Shown here piece after piece: positions 40,246 to 53,300 of a DNA stretch of 64,000 nucleotides; position 1 is the stretch's first letter; every line of letters starts with the position of its first letter. This stretch comes from Trichoplax adhaerens (lineage: Eukaryota > Animalia > Placozoa), in NCBI RefSeq assembly GCF_000150275.1, contig NW_002060948.1, positions 248,001 through 312,000 on the forward strand, in the 5' to 3' direction. The position numbers were made by a program, and so were the translations under genes. A model generated the notes under the pieces. The model was not told the DNA's origin and did not search any database. It was given only the letters and a program-made list of their open reading frames with translations.

Positions 40246-41180
40246 TGTTTGTATAGCGATTGGACTCATTTCGGGTTCCAAAATCAACCGTTTGATCGGG
40301 TTTTACAGCATCGGGTTGTACTGTGTACACTCGTCAGTGGCTAGTAGGACAGACGGCAAGACAGATGCTGAGATCATATCTGCCTCAGAAGTCCCTGGTA
40401 CAGTACTGTACTACAAAATACTGTATTCAAATGTGTAAAATAGATGTCGCTTAAAATGCGTTTACTGAAATCATCAAGTTACGACAAGGAGACTACTCGA
40501 AATCACTTTAGTAATCCATCGCTCAGCCACAGGTTATAGAAAAATAGTATATATCCACTTGTACACTCACTCAAATGTACAGTACAGTGCTGTGGTTAGA
40601 GTTGATAATACTATACTGTCTACTGTCCATACAGTACTCTACGTTTGCAAAATGTGGACCCTTAAAACAGGACAACGATATCACCTAACCACCAGCCTCC
40701 GGTAGCGACAGATATTTTGCACCATAGACTCTTATGGCTGACAAAATACTAAACGGAAGGACAGAAAGACAAGGGGTGTCATGATTTCGTGCCCAGACTG
40801 TAGTGGGCTACTACTACTCCAGTATGGGTAGACTGTCCAGTGTTGTCAAGGAGAAAAAAGGCTCAGGCCCATCTCCAACTTTGGGATTTCACTTCGCCAT
40901 TCCAATCATCCAAACACGACAGTACTAGACGACAGATTTCAACTGGAGATTGATTCCTCAATTATTCTATAACATCCAATCGAAAAGTTTGGATTATGCT
41001 AGCTGCAAAGTGTAAGTCATGATGATTTAGTAGTATGCTTGCAAAGTATTTTTTGATATGCTGCCTAGAAGTAGGACAGGCAGCAACTTTTCAACAGGTT
41101 TAAATTGCATCATGTAAAATGGATTCAATCGTCTTTTCCAACTTTCTAGAGTGCACCTAAAAACTTAAGAAATCGCAATA

Positions 41181-44100
41181 ATGCAGTTTACTGTGGATGA
41201 TTTTGAGGTAATATTGTGCATAGTGTAGATTGTAGACGGAAATAATTTCTAGTTATGCTAGAATGACATGGAATTCTATCATTAATAAAATTACTCGAAA
41301 TTACGGATAGATTGTCCTATGCGATTTTGACAAGCTTATAGAAAGCATGCAATACTATAGTCGAACTGTTTGATATCAAGATACTTTAGGCCACTTTAGA
41401 ACCAATGTTAAGAAGCACGTTATTGTTATTCCATCTTGTCATGTAGGTCAAAAACAGTCTTCATCGTCAGTCTTTAGACCTATATACTAGAAGCTAGAAA
41501 GGATAGAGTAATAGACAAGCGTTGATATCAACTTTCTGTTGATTTTTGACCTTGACGAGTAATACAACGTAATGACGACAATCACTATACCTAAACACAA
41601 TTTCTTCTTGTAACTCCCTGATTCAGTTTGTTGGGCAATTCGTGTAATAACGTCTTTACTAAACTATTATTTATCAACAGAACGATTTCGATCTGAAAGA
41701 TTTCATTGAGCGAATCTCGCGTTCATCAACCGGTAGCGGAATTCGTGGCAAGCCGGAATCTTTCAATCCTCAAGCTTTGCATGTAACATTTGAAGAAGCT
41801 ATTGATAGCTTACAAAGTGTATTAAAAAGCACAGAAAATAGAGTTAATGCAATAGAAGAAACTTGCAAAACTGAAGAATATGAACATCGCAAGCGATTAC
41901 AATCACTGCAAAAGGCCTTAGATGTACGAAATTGAATTAGAATGCTTTTAATTTAATCTTATTCTATGGCTTCCACTTTAAATATTATCCACTACTCCAT
42001 GTAACTAATGTGTCAATTAGTGAGCTAGCCATACCCAAAATTAGCGATAGCTTAGTGCTTTTATTAATGATGTCCCTTTTACTCTGTGTATAATTCTTCT
42101 AACAATAATACTAGACTGCCATTGATCGTTTTGAAGATCTGGATCAACGTGTAAACTTTGTAGCGACGAAAGTTGTCCATGTCGGTGATCAATTAGAAGG
42201 GGTTAATATGCCCAGATCCCATGATGTCGAGGCACAAAAGTTAATGTCCTACTTTTCTGAATACATGGCAGACAGAGATCCACTGGTTATCGTTGTTGAA
42301 GATCCTAACAAAGTACGTTATATAGCATTTCTTGACCGATCTAGATGGTCTATACTAATTGCCAATGAATTAAAATTATTATTTTGAAAATTTTAAATCA
42401 GCTAAAGTCATCGTATCTAGCAATTTTACAATAACATCCAATTTCCATCGATACAAATAAATTGTTATTAGTAAAGACAGACTTTAGTGGGTATAACTCA
42501 AAACTAACATAGCCATATCCAATGCACTATATCAAGGTTGCCGAAGCAGCGGATATCATTCAAAACTTATATCATCTATCTCAAGATCTGCCTACCGAGG
42601 GGTATGTAGCTAGTAATATCAAGGCTATGTAAATATCTATCTCGTATTGTAGTATTAACGATTGGTAATACTGCCAAGTCTACTCCGAAATGAATGATTG
42701 TATTCAATTTTAAATTCTTTTCACAGATTTGAAAATGTCAAAAGCAGAATAAATGGTAAATAAAATAAAAATCATCTTACAAGAATTAAACAAGAATCAG
42801 CACAGATACTATCACTACATTAACTAAATTATCCCTTAAATTTAAGATTGCTTTTTAAATATTGAGCGAATGATTTGCTCTTGAACAGAAAAATACAAAG
42901 AAGTTGAAAACCGATTGAAATGTGAATTTGCGGTAGCACATCAAGCAAAAGATGTCAAGAAAATGAAGGATATTTCCAATACTTTAGCACCATTCAAGGT
43001 AATTTATTATTATGCTTTAATTGGACGTCTTACAAATGCGGAGGTTATTTATTAAGGCAATTTGTCCAATTTAAATATATATTACGGATCATAATGAAAG
43101 TCTGTATTATTTCTATGATATAGGGATATAATCAATGCATAGAAGATTTCATTACCGCTTGTCAAAGGGTATATTTGGAACTAGTGCAATGCTCAAATAT
43201 CTTTTCAATTTTCCAACTATTTTACGTGTCCTTTCATTAACAAATTGCTAATAAATACAGAATCAATTTACCTCGGTCAACGCATTTGATGATATTTTAC
43301 GAATTTGCGAACGAGTAAGTTGCCAAGGAAGTTTACATGATCATTATAAGATTCTATTATTATATTCAAAAGAATCGATGTCATTTAGCCTTGTCATTCT
43401 TCTCTTTACTGCCTTTATAGGCCTACGATATTATTAAGGAAGTTTTTAGCGATTATAATCATATTATGGCAACTCTAGTTGAAAATATCTTTGATGGACA
43501 TGTCAAGGTAACAATTAGCTGTAACAATATCACATTCTATTTGACTGTTACTATGCACAAAATAATCAGAACGATTTGTTTTAAAGGAATACGTCCATAC
43601 AAATCTTGATAAACTTTACCAAAATGACAAAGAAAAATATTTGAAATCCCTCTATGATTACTATGACAGGTATATACATAGGTAGAATTAACACTTATCG
43701 GCTACTGCTAGGATAATAACATACTGCTGTCATTCTAAAGACAGTAATCAAGTTATCCAATTTTCTTCTCTCAAGATTTCACAAAGTCACCAGTATAATC
43801 ACTAAAAAGTATGACTTAAGTTCAGAGGTCAGCATTGTAAATAAAAGCAAAAAGAGCATATTTGGTTCATACATGGAAGACTATATTAGTGTTGAAGTAA
43901 AACATTTGCGAGATATGTTTGATAATTCTATATCGTCGTACTACTCGTCAATTGGTCATCAAAAAAGGCAAATTGCAACCGGAGGGTAAAGTTTTTGAAA
44001 TATAAAAATGAAGCACTGTAAATACTGTGATTTCCTTGTAAGTCTTATTCTGTACTTGACTTTTTAAATAAGACTCTCTCAAGCATTCCTAAAACGTTCA

Positions 44101-45747
44101 ACTGATACAAGTGGTATAGGAGATGAATCTTTAGTCTCTCAAGAAGTAGCAATTAATATGTTATCCGAAAGTCGAAATGCCATTTTACGATGTCATCTGG
44201 TATCTTCTTTAGTAAAGTTTTTAACCCATAACTACAAGGAATTGACTAATACAACAATTTATTCTATATTATTATAGCTTGCACCGAAACTGAGCTTACC
44301 AAATTATATATGGCAGATTTTTGAAGTTCTACTTGAAAAACTATGTTTAGACCATATTAGTTATGCTATTGATATCAGTCTCCAAAGTATGCAAATTGTT
44401 GAAGTTTATTAATAAATTAGGACAGAACTTAAAAATTATTAAGTAGCAATTGCAAATTTTTTATTGATACATTTTTGCAGTGATTCCCAGCTCGTCTCCT
44501 AATACGCAGCCAGATGGCCGTTTTTACGATGTTTCCGGACAAGCAAACGCAATTATTCAATTATTAAAAAAACATTTCAACGAAAATGTTTTGCCTGTTA
44601 TTGGGTAGGCTGTTACATAATTGCATAACACTGTTTCCATTATCTGTGCTTAGAATTTATTATTTTTTCAACCATATTTTCAGGTCTACCGCAATTTACG
44701 ATAGTAGTATCCAAAAAAGAAATGCCATATTACAACAACTAGAAGAAAAAATTGATCAGGGACTTGAAAAGTAAGATAAATAGTATATCTTTGAATAACT
44801 AACAAACGCTAAAAAATTGACTTATTTATATTTTAGATCTGTTCAAGCAGCGATTAGTTGGTTAAAGCATATACTGTCAACTGAACAAAAGAAGACTGAC
44901 TTTAGACCAGAAGATAGTAAGATCGTCGTGGAATTGACCACTCCTGTAAGTCGCATAACTAATGCATGCTATTAGCTGGTCTATTAGCGTATTTTCTGTA
45001 TAAAATTCCCATTAAAAGTATGTAATTTAAAAAGTTTACTTGTTATACAGGCTTGTTCCAGTTGTATTCAGTTTATTAGACTACAAAGAAAGTTAATAAA
45101 AAGTTGTTTAGATGGTAAAAATGTTGAGGAAGTATTAAAAGAATTTGGCGTACGATTTCATCGAATTTTATATGATCACTTACAACAATTCGCGTACAAC
45201 TCCATGGGTAAATATTGATAACGAGTGTTTTATGCTTTTAGTTTTAATGGTATAAACCTAATTCCATTCCTATACGAATTGATTGTACTTTTTTATCTGT
45301 AGGTGGAATGTTTGCTTTAGCTGACGTTCACAGTTACCAAGATTGCATTAAAGAATTCCAGGTATTTTTTTAAAACTTCCAATTTAAGTAAACCATTACT
45401 ATAACAACTGAATGAGCTTTGTACCTATAGTATCTGAGCAACTTCACTGTGTATTACTCGCTTCAGATACCATTGTTAGATAAATTATTTTCAACTCTAC
45501 ACGCACTATGCAAGCTCTTAGTCACAAACCCAGAGAATATACGTCAACTTTGCTGCGAAGAACAACTGGTATGTAGTTCATTTAATGTAGGAAAATAGTA
45601 CATCACTGGCACAGATTAATTTAATCTAACTGCATTATTTTAAACCCTATGACGTTGTAGGCCTCCATGGATCGAAATGTTTTACAGCAATTTGCCAATT
45701 TAAGAACAGATTATAAAACTGCTCGATTAGCAAAGCACTTTCAGTGA
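41181..45747 (+). CDS. EXOC5: Exocyst complex component 5 (Sec10), multi-exon
   Basis: Motifs MQFTVDDFE/NDFDLKDFIERI...PESFNP, VNFVATKVVHVGDQLEGVNMPR, AADIIQKLY, EQKKTDFRPE, LDGKNVEEVLKEFGVRFHR and LRTDYKTARLAKHF*. The GT-AG junctions I checked keep frame. Confidence 0.96.
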
Positions 45748-46542
45748 TATAATACAGTAATAATTCCAACCTGTAGCGATATATTTTGTAGCAATTATTG
45801 TAATTTTACATGGACATAACTAGTTACATCTGTTATGGACTGGTATCATTAATGGGTCCTCTTTAAAAATCGATAACAATACAAGGTACATATTCAGTTT
45901 ATGGATTTGTTAGATTGTTCTTATCGTTTAACTGGAATATATGAACGAAGGACTACGACAGTCATCATCGTGTATCAATCGCAATAAACATCACAAATGG
46001 TCCGTTACTGTAGATTTTTAATCACAGTTTTCATGTAGTTTCTACACAAAAAGGTATACTATGTCTATCATGTAATGACCATTGCAAGTTTTATCGTAAT
46101 GTTAAATTTGTCTTATGGATTGACCTTAATCATTGTCTCATATCTTTTACAATTACATATTTACTATAACTGGAGTATCGCAATTATCGGTACTATTTAC
46201 GGCAACAATTTTATGTTGTTTGTCCTGTCATGTTAAGGGTATCGAAATTGAGAAATTATTTGTTTTCTATGTAAAACATTAGAAAAAATCAGATGTAAAA
46301 TATTACATTTCTGTTTGGATATATCATGTTCAAGCTTTTGTGATAGATTCGTTAAAAAGAACGTAATGTTAACTCCAACTTAACAGGATTACTTTTACTT
46401 AGTAATATGTAAATGATAATATGATTATAATTATTAAACGATGTACTGTACAAGGGTAACATTGTAGATAAATTTAGAGTATCATCATACATACAATCCA
46501 AATTACCTATACGAAGTAATTGCCAATAGATACGCCTGAAAC

Positions 46543-48621
46543 TTAAAGTAGCATTTTCAAGAGCATAATTTGACTATCAGTTATAATATTATCTTGAATA
46601 TCATCAATTAGTTCAGCATCATACTTCTGTTCGTAAGCGATTTTGATATCATCTAGATCGACCTGCATCAAAACAAATTTCACATCAGTTACAATTACTT
46701 TAACAAGCTTTTCTACCTGCTAGAGTTTAAAAGATAGTCGATCATATTAGTAAATACTATCATAGTATTAAATCTGATTTTAATGTGGCTTTCACAACAT
46801 AACGATATTTAATGCATTAAGCATTTATAATTCCGATCTTATCGAACCTCATGTCTAGTTATGATCACCCTTGAAATGGTTTTCAAATCCATCTCATTAA
46901 TGGCAGCATGTAACACGACAGCAAAATAACCCGGTGTATCAGTTACACATTTAAGGATTGACTTTAAACTCTCATTAGTTGGGCTTTGAATTTTTTCATC
47001 AACAGTTTGATAAATATCCCCAGTGGTACTTTCCTAGACGTTATCCAAATGTATTATGATTAAATTCAATATGCATGTACCGGTATATCTCATATACCCG
47101 TATAATTATCGAATTATTCATTAAGTAATTTATGACGTTACCTCTTTAAAATGATTACAAACTTCCCTGATATGATTAAAGTTTCGTGTTGACAATGTGG
47201 TATTCAATTTGGAATTATCTGATGCCCAATCTTCATTGTCGGCCTTCATAGATCAGTTATCGATTAATTAATATGAATAATTAAGTTCCTCTCATGATAT
47301 CATTTCATTGATACGGCACTATGTACCATTAAACTTAGGAATATTTATCGAAATACATTCAAATTGTTTACAAATATCCACTCATAGAGAGAGAAAGAGA
47401 AAACAACTTCACCTTCATTGTATCCACTATCGTACTATAGTCTAATAAGAATTTGTGCTCACCTCAAGCAACTGACGAACATCATCTTTAACAGCGGACT
47501 CATCCACAACATCATTGATTTCTCTCCTTGTCTGAAGAATAATTAATTAATGCAAGCGCTGTATAAGTAAAATTGGTGTAGCTTTTGGTAGCACATCCAC
47601 ATTAGGGTAACGACTATCGGCACAAGCTATGCAAGCATTCACTATATTAGCTATAAGTTATACCGTAATAAATGATGTCAAGAGTTTTCCTATTCTAGAC
47701 TGGCGATCTCCAGATAGATTCGCTTCCAATGTCATACCAAACTCAGATTCATATACTTCAGCAATTGCTTGTAATTCCTATTCAATAAATTTATAACCAG
47801 CATTATATATGGTATTCTATATTACTACAATGCTGAGCATACCAATTTCAGATATATTTGCAAATGACCTACGGTTTGACACTAACATTTATAAATAATA
47901 AATAATCCTTACCAAAAATGTTCTACTGCAAACAATTTCAATCATAACAGATGCTCTATTTCCACTTCCCTAATTCAATATCGAAATAGTGTGTATTAGT
48001 CTAATAAAACATAAGGCTATTGACTAGAATCGAGCTTTCATCTACTGTACATATCGATCTCAATCTAAGTTTACCCATAGATTCAATCAATCATCAAACC
48101 TGAATTGCATCATGAAGCGCCTTTGCATCGTATTCTGATTTCTCCGTTAGCATCACGTTAAGAAGCTCTGTATAATCACCTCCCAATTCAACTTTAGTAT
48201 CGCTTAATAAATCCTAACAAATTTTAAATAGTTCTAGGTAAGAAAAAATCAAATAACAAATGATAACCATTTAAATCCGTTCTTGCCTGTGAATATTTTG
48301 AAGTATATGCTTTAGAAATTTGTATTCGTTGGTCTCGTCTTCTTTCTCCCAGCAGATCAACTATGGTATCACCACCTGAATCTAATCATTCGTATGATAA
48401 TTTATGCAAAAAATATCATTATTCGCACTTCACTATATTACATTAAAATAATTTATTTTATATTTTATCACATTATAAGATAATTTAACCTCCTAAAAAT
48501 GCAGCAGTATATACTATTCGATTGAATTCTAATATTATTATCGCCTACCCAAATCACCAAAGGCATGATACAAAATTTTAGCATCATCATCAGGATCAAA
48601 ATTTGTCGATTCAGGAACATC
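46543..48621 (-). CDS. Four-repeat annexin core with degenerate Ca2+-binding loops (3' part of the composite locus)
   Basis: Exons 48549-48621, 48287-48381, 48100-48213, 47913-47969, 47664-47777, 47463-47531, 47142-47243, 46848-47033, 46543-46662. Motifs FDPDDDAKILYHAF, QRIQISKAY, ELGGDY, YDAKALHDAIQGSG, IEIVCSRT, TRNFNHIR, TPGYFA, RVIITRHEVDLDDIK. Confidence 0.9.
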
Positions 48622-48739
48622 CTATTTTTGTATTCGTTATGAAATAGTAATATTGATCATCAAATTAATCTAATCGTCCAACTCTCTTCAAGACTTTACT
48701 TAAATACTTAAAAATAAAGCCTTATATTTATTCCTTTAC

Positions 48740-50148
48740 CGATTTTTTATCCTGATCATCTACTTCCTTAGAATCTTCATTTTTGCCATCTCCATGAACT
48801 GATTCATTTTCTTTCTTACTATGATGACTGCTATGGCTACTGCGACGACTACTATTTCCATGACTGCTGTGATGGCTACTATGTTTGTTGTCATCATCGC
48901 TACGATGGCTATGACTGTTATGATTTCCACCACTGGAGCGACTACCAGCATTACTACGATCTGAAGGGATATGTCCATGGTTTTCGTTTGCAGTTGCTAA
49001 ATCTTGATCATGATTGCTCTTATTATCTTCCTGCTGCTGTTCATCAGCCACATTATCATTCTGATCTTGATTATCTGCCTGTTCTTGGTCTCCAACCTGA
49101 TCTTTATTTTCAACTTGGTCGTGAATTTCAGTTTCGTCCTGATTTTCAGCCTGGTCTTGAATTTCAGTCTGATCTTGATTTTCAGACTGATTCTGATTTT
49201 CAGCCTGGTCTTGAATTTCAGTTTGGTCTTGATTTTCAGACTGATCTTGATTTTTAGACTGATCTTGATTTTCAGCCAGATCTTGATTATCTAGTTGATC
49301 ATGATTTTCAGCCTGGTCTTGATTATCAGGCTGATCTTGCTTTTCAGACAGATCTTGACTTTCAGCCTGATCTTGAATATCTAGTTGATCATGATTTTCA
49401 GGCTGATCTTGATTTTCAGGCTGATCTTGATTTTCAGGCTGATCTTGATTTTCAGACTGAGCTTGATTTTCAAACTGACCTTGATTTTCAATCTGATCTT
49501 GATTATCTGGTTGATCATGATCATCAGCTGAGACAGGTTGAGTTTTATTTACATCGTGAAGGTCTTCATCAGCCAATTTATCCTGATCATCATATACTTC
49601 GCGATTCGTTTCGTGATCATCAACTGGTGAAGGCTGATTGCTCCTGGCTTCAGATTTTGCGTCCTCAAGTAGCTCTAACTGCCGATCCCTATCATCATGA
49701 TTTTCGCTAACACCTTCTTTCTTATTTAGAGCATCGTCAGTTTCATGATGCTCATCATCGCTATAACTCGTAGCACCATTCATTAAATTGTCATCATGCA
49801 TCGATTTTTGATCATCAGGTGTTACAGCTCTACTAGAGTGTTTACTACTGTGTTCACTATCGAATTTATCACTGTAAGGTGTCGGAGTTCGACTTTTATC
49901 CATTTTTTCTTGATGGTTATCGCCATCACGTTCATCTATGTGGCTATCTTCTACAGCAACGGGAGATCTAAGGTCATCATCCGGTGATTTTGAGTTTTCG
50001 TTTTTCGATTTTATATTAGGAAGAACTTTCGGTTTTGGTTTAATTTGCTTCTCTGTCCCATTAGCTTTCTTTACCGGTGGTAAAACATTATGGTTATTTT
50101 AAAGCTTTTATTAGGTACAGTTTTATGACGTGCTCGATTTGGCGCAGC
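48740..50148 (-). CDS. Large low-complexity acidic/Ser-His-rich exon linking the CFAP97-domain exons to the annexin core
   Basis: Contains the 391-aa ORF. A donor at TCG|GTAAAG (48740) splices in phase 0 to the first annexin exon. The 5' part has a frame break near 50097-50104. Confidence 0.75.
49060..49510 (-). repeat. Coding 18-bp tandem repeat (QDQxEN hexapeptide, ~20+ units)
   Basis: The plus-strand unit TGATCTTGATTTTCAG(G/A)C is repeated and translates on the minus strand as QDQPEN/QDQSEN/QDQAEN/QDQTEI. Confidence 0.92.
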
Positions 50149-50315
50149 CTGAAATGATATAATTCTCTATTATTATTATATTCAATGTTTAGAAGGAGAT
50201 AATTTCGATATTGCTCTACTTTAAATTATTTTCTATCTTATCATTAGAGATCTGTATCTATATAGATGATCAATCATCCTCTTGACTACGAATTCAATCT
50301 TAGTATTCTGCATAC

Positions 50316-53300
50316 CACTTTAGGAACATTATTTCTCTCAACTTCATCATTACTTTTAGTACGATGATGCCGGTAGCTGTCTTTAGAATAGTCCTTAAGA
50401 AGAACATTGTAATTAAATTCATTTATGCCGACATTTACAGATAATATAAAATTGATAAGATTGTTAATGAACGGTAGCGTTAGTCTAAACATTTAGTGTG
50501 TAAAAACATGGATAACCTTTAATTATTCCAATTACCTTATTATTGCCTCCTCTTAGTTGCAGCTGAATAATTATCCAGAAATGTGAATTAACAAAACGTA
50601 AGTAAGGAAAATTCGTACTATATCCGGATTATCAGCATGGTGCTATTTAAATAATATAATCTTTTTCTCCTTAAAAGTATTCTATAGCGCTTATAGACAT
50701 TACTAACATTCATAGCGACTTACAGATGTTTTTACGTCTACTCGATAATCTTTAGTCGTATCATCATGACACTTTAAGTAGTATAAATGCTTCTGAAAGT
50801 CTTCCTCCTACGAAATGAAGAAAAATAGATTGATAAAGGATTGATTCGGTACAGATATAGTCGCATACTTCACATGATAACAGAGTAGAACTGATTGAAT
50901 TATAACTTTTAACATAAATTGGATCATCCTCTATAATACTGTATTACATAATATATTCCGATATAGTATGGGCAAGTAATAAGCCTTACTATCAGCATAG
51001 TTTCTGCATATTAATTATATAAAGCAACAACATAGCATGAAATTGATTTAATGTAATTAAAGTAAAATTGATAATTTATCATATTTTACCCATCGTCCAG
51101 TATGATAGGTTGGCCCAATGCTTTTTAGTTTTCCTAAAAGAGCCTAAATTATACAAGCAATTATAATTACTGGAGCAATAAGTCTTACCAATATACAAAA
51201 TTTAATCAATTCGAACATTCATTCATACACCTGTAGGTAGTACATTACAGTCAACACTACAAGAAATTAGTGACATATCGAAAATATCCATGCACCTGTC
51301 ATTATTCATAATGTGGTCTAAACTATGTTATGTTTTGAAAGATAAACTACAGACAATATAAAGTACTAAAGAAAAACATCACTACTTTTTATAAGCTTCG
51401 GTTAAATATGGCATAACCATTAAAACAGCTGAACATAATCAGAATAAATATGTGCGCAGATTTCAAATTCCATTCACTAAACATTTTTTGATTTTAAGAG
51501 TAAATTCATTTTATTCACCTGATTTTCCTGATTAATTTTATTAACCACTGCCTCTCGATAGGGTTGATTTAAGCTACCATAGAATATTAAAAAACGATTA
51601 AGAAATTAATTTATCCATGTAGCCTAATGACAATGGTAAACCACAGTCATTACTGCATCATTTTAATAAAGCCACTTTATAGAAACTCGAGCTTCTAAGA
51701 GTATATCTTAGCTTAATTATCCGATATTTTGATTAAGGTACAACTCTGCCTATTTATGTTTTGTTTTAAATTAATTATATGACTAATAAGAAATTCTAAA
51801 GAGGAATACTGGATTGTGCGATGTTAATCTATTAACGACTATTAATAAATGTGACGTTAAATTTTTCGGACGGCAAATATAAATATTTTCACATTGTAAC
51901 TCACGCATTCCGAATGAGCTAATATGCTCCACACTGTGATACTCTACAACGTACTTTGTTTATAAAATCTATAAAATTGTATGCAGTCTACAGTATGTTA
52001 ATTCAATAATCTGTTGTCTAACACAACCGTATATATGTCACGGTGAACCCCGGGAATCAGTTTCTATTAACTAGAGGTCATGAAAGGTTCATAGACAGAA
52101 AAACGACTATAACTTTGAGGCAGAGTATGCTAATGAAGTAATGTAGTTATTCAACCATGCATATCATCTTAACACGTTGAATAAACCGAATACTTTCACT
52201 TATCTAATAATTGACCTAATAGTTGTTTAAAGTGTGAGTGAAATTATTTCAGGCCAATCTGAGTCATTTCTTCTTATTATTTACAAAATCGCTATTATGC
52301 CATTTTCCAGTCTATTACAAGATATCAAGCGACGAGAAGCAATTTTACCTTTTAGCCCCTTGCTCATTCCAGTTATCCACTTGGCCCCGCCTGCTCATAA
52401 TATGCGACATTTTAGCTAGTAGAATTCTATTCTCCTGCTTGATAGTTGCCTGACGATCTTCCTCTTGCTATTGGCGATACAAAATACATAAACATCAATA
52501 TTAACTCTCTAAATGGATATAATCAACAATAAACATAATATCATAGCAACCTCTAACAATCCCATTCCGAATATTAATGACATAAAATAGGCAAATGAAA
52601 TGCTTACTATATTTAAATAAATTGAATACATTGAAACTAATTGAACTATAAAGAGGTTATTTTATTTCATTTCCAATGCCACATATATTCCACTACTATT
52701 TTGTTAGCCCACTCCCAACTCCAAAATCAACAGTAATGATTACCGTAATATGAATATAAATTGTACGTACTGTATATTCTTATATATTAAATTAGAGATT
52801 GCGGTAAACAGTACAGTTAGTATAGCATGGGAAAAATTCTGTAATTGCCATCAGGTGTATTCAAAAATAAAATGATTTCTTGAATGTAAAAATTAGTTCC
52901 GCTGTAAACGATGATTACAATATATGAATGAATGTTAAAAATTCTGTCATTTAACTTCCGACCTTCATCTTTTTCATTCGAATCTGTAAATGAAGATATT
53001 CTTTTGGTGGCTTATTATCAATATCGGCTTTCATCCGTCGAACCTATAAACCGCATATAATCCAGAAATGTAAATTCTATCGAAATCAAAAATTAATTTT
53101 ACAAGTGGATCATATATTAAACTATTGTAAAATAGCAATAAAAAATTTTCCGAACAATAGTTTCACAACATAATCGAAACGAACAGAAACAAAATAATTA
53201 AATGAAAATTTAATTTTGGTTTTGTTTTTTCGCTGCCATAAACATCATAGAAATTTATAAGACAGGAAAATAATAATAGACTGCAAGAATTGGAACACGA

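Noticed and set aside
48760-49294. Hydrophobic ORFs (LILIFSLVLNF...) overlapping the large exon
   Set aside because: Antisense or alternate-frame shadows of the QDQxEN and Ser/His repeats.
48728-49903. Repeat-rich ORF as a neuropeptide precursor
   Set aside because: No signal peptide and no regular basic cleavage or Gly-amidation sites, and it splices into an annexin.
50095-50106. Programmed -1 ribosomal frameshift at TTTAAAA
   Set aside because: The heptamer is not in the X XXY YYZ phase relative to the incoming frame, and I saw no clear downstream stimulatory structure.
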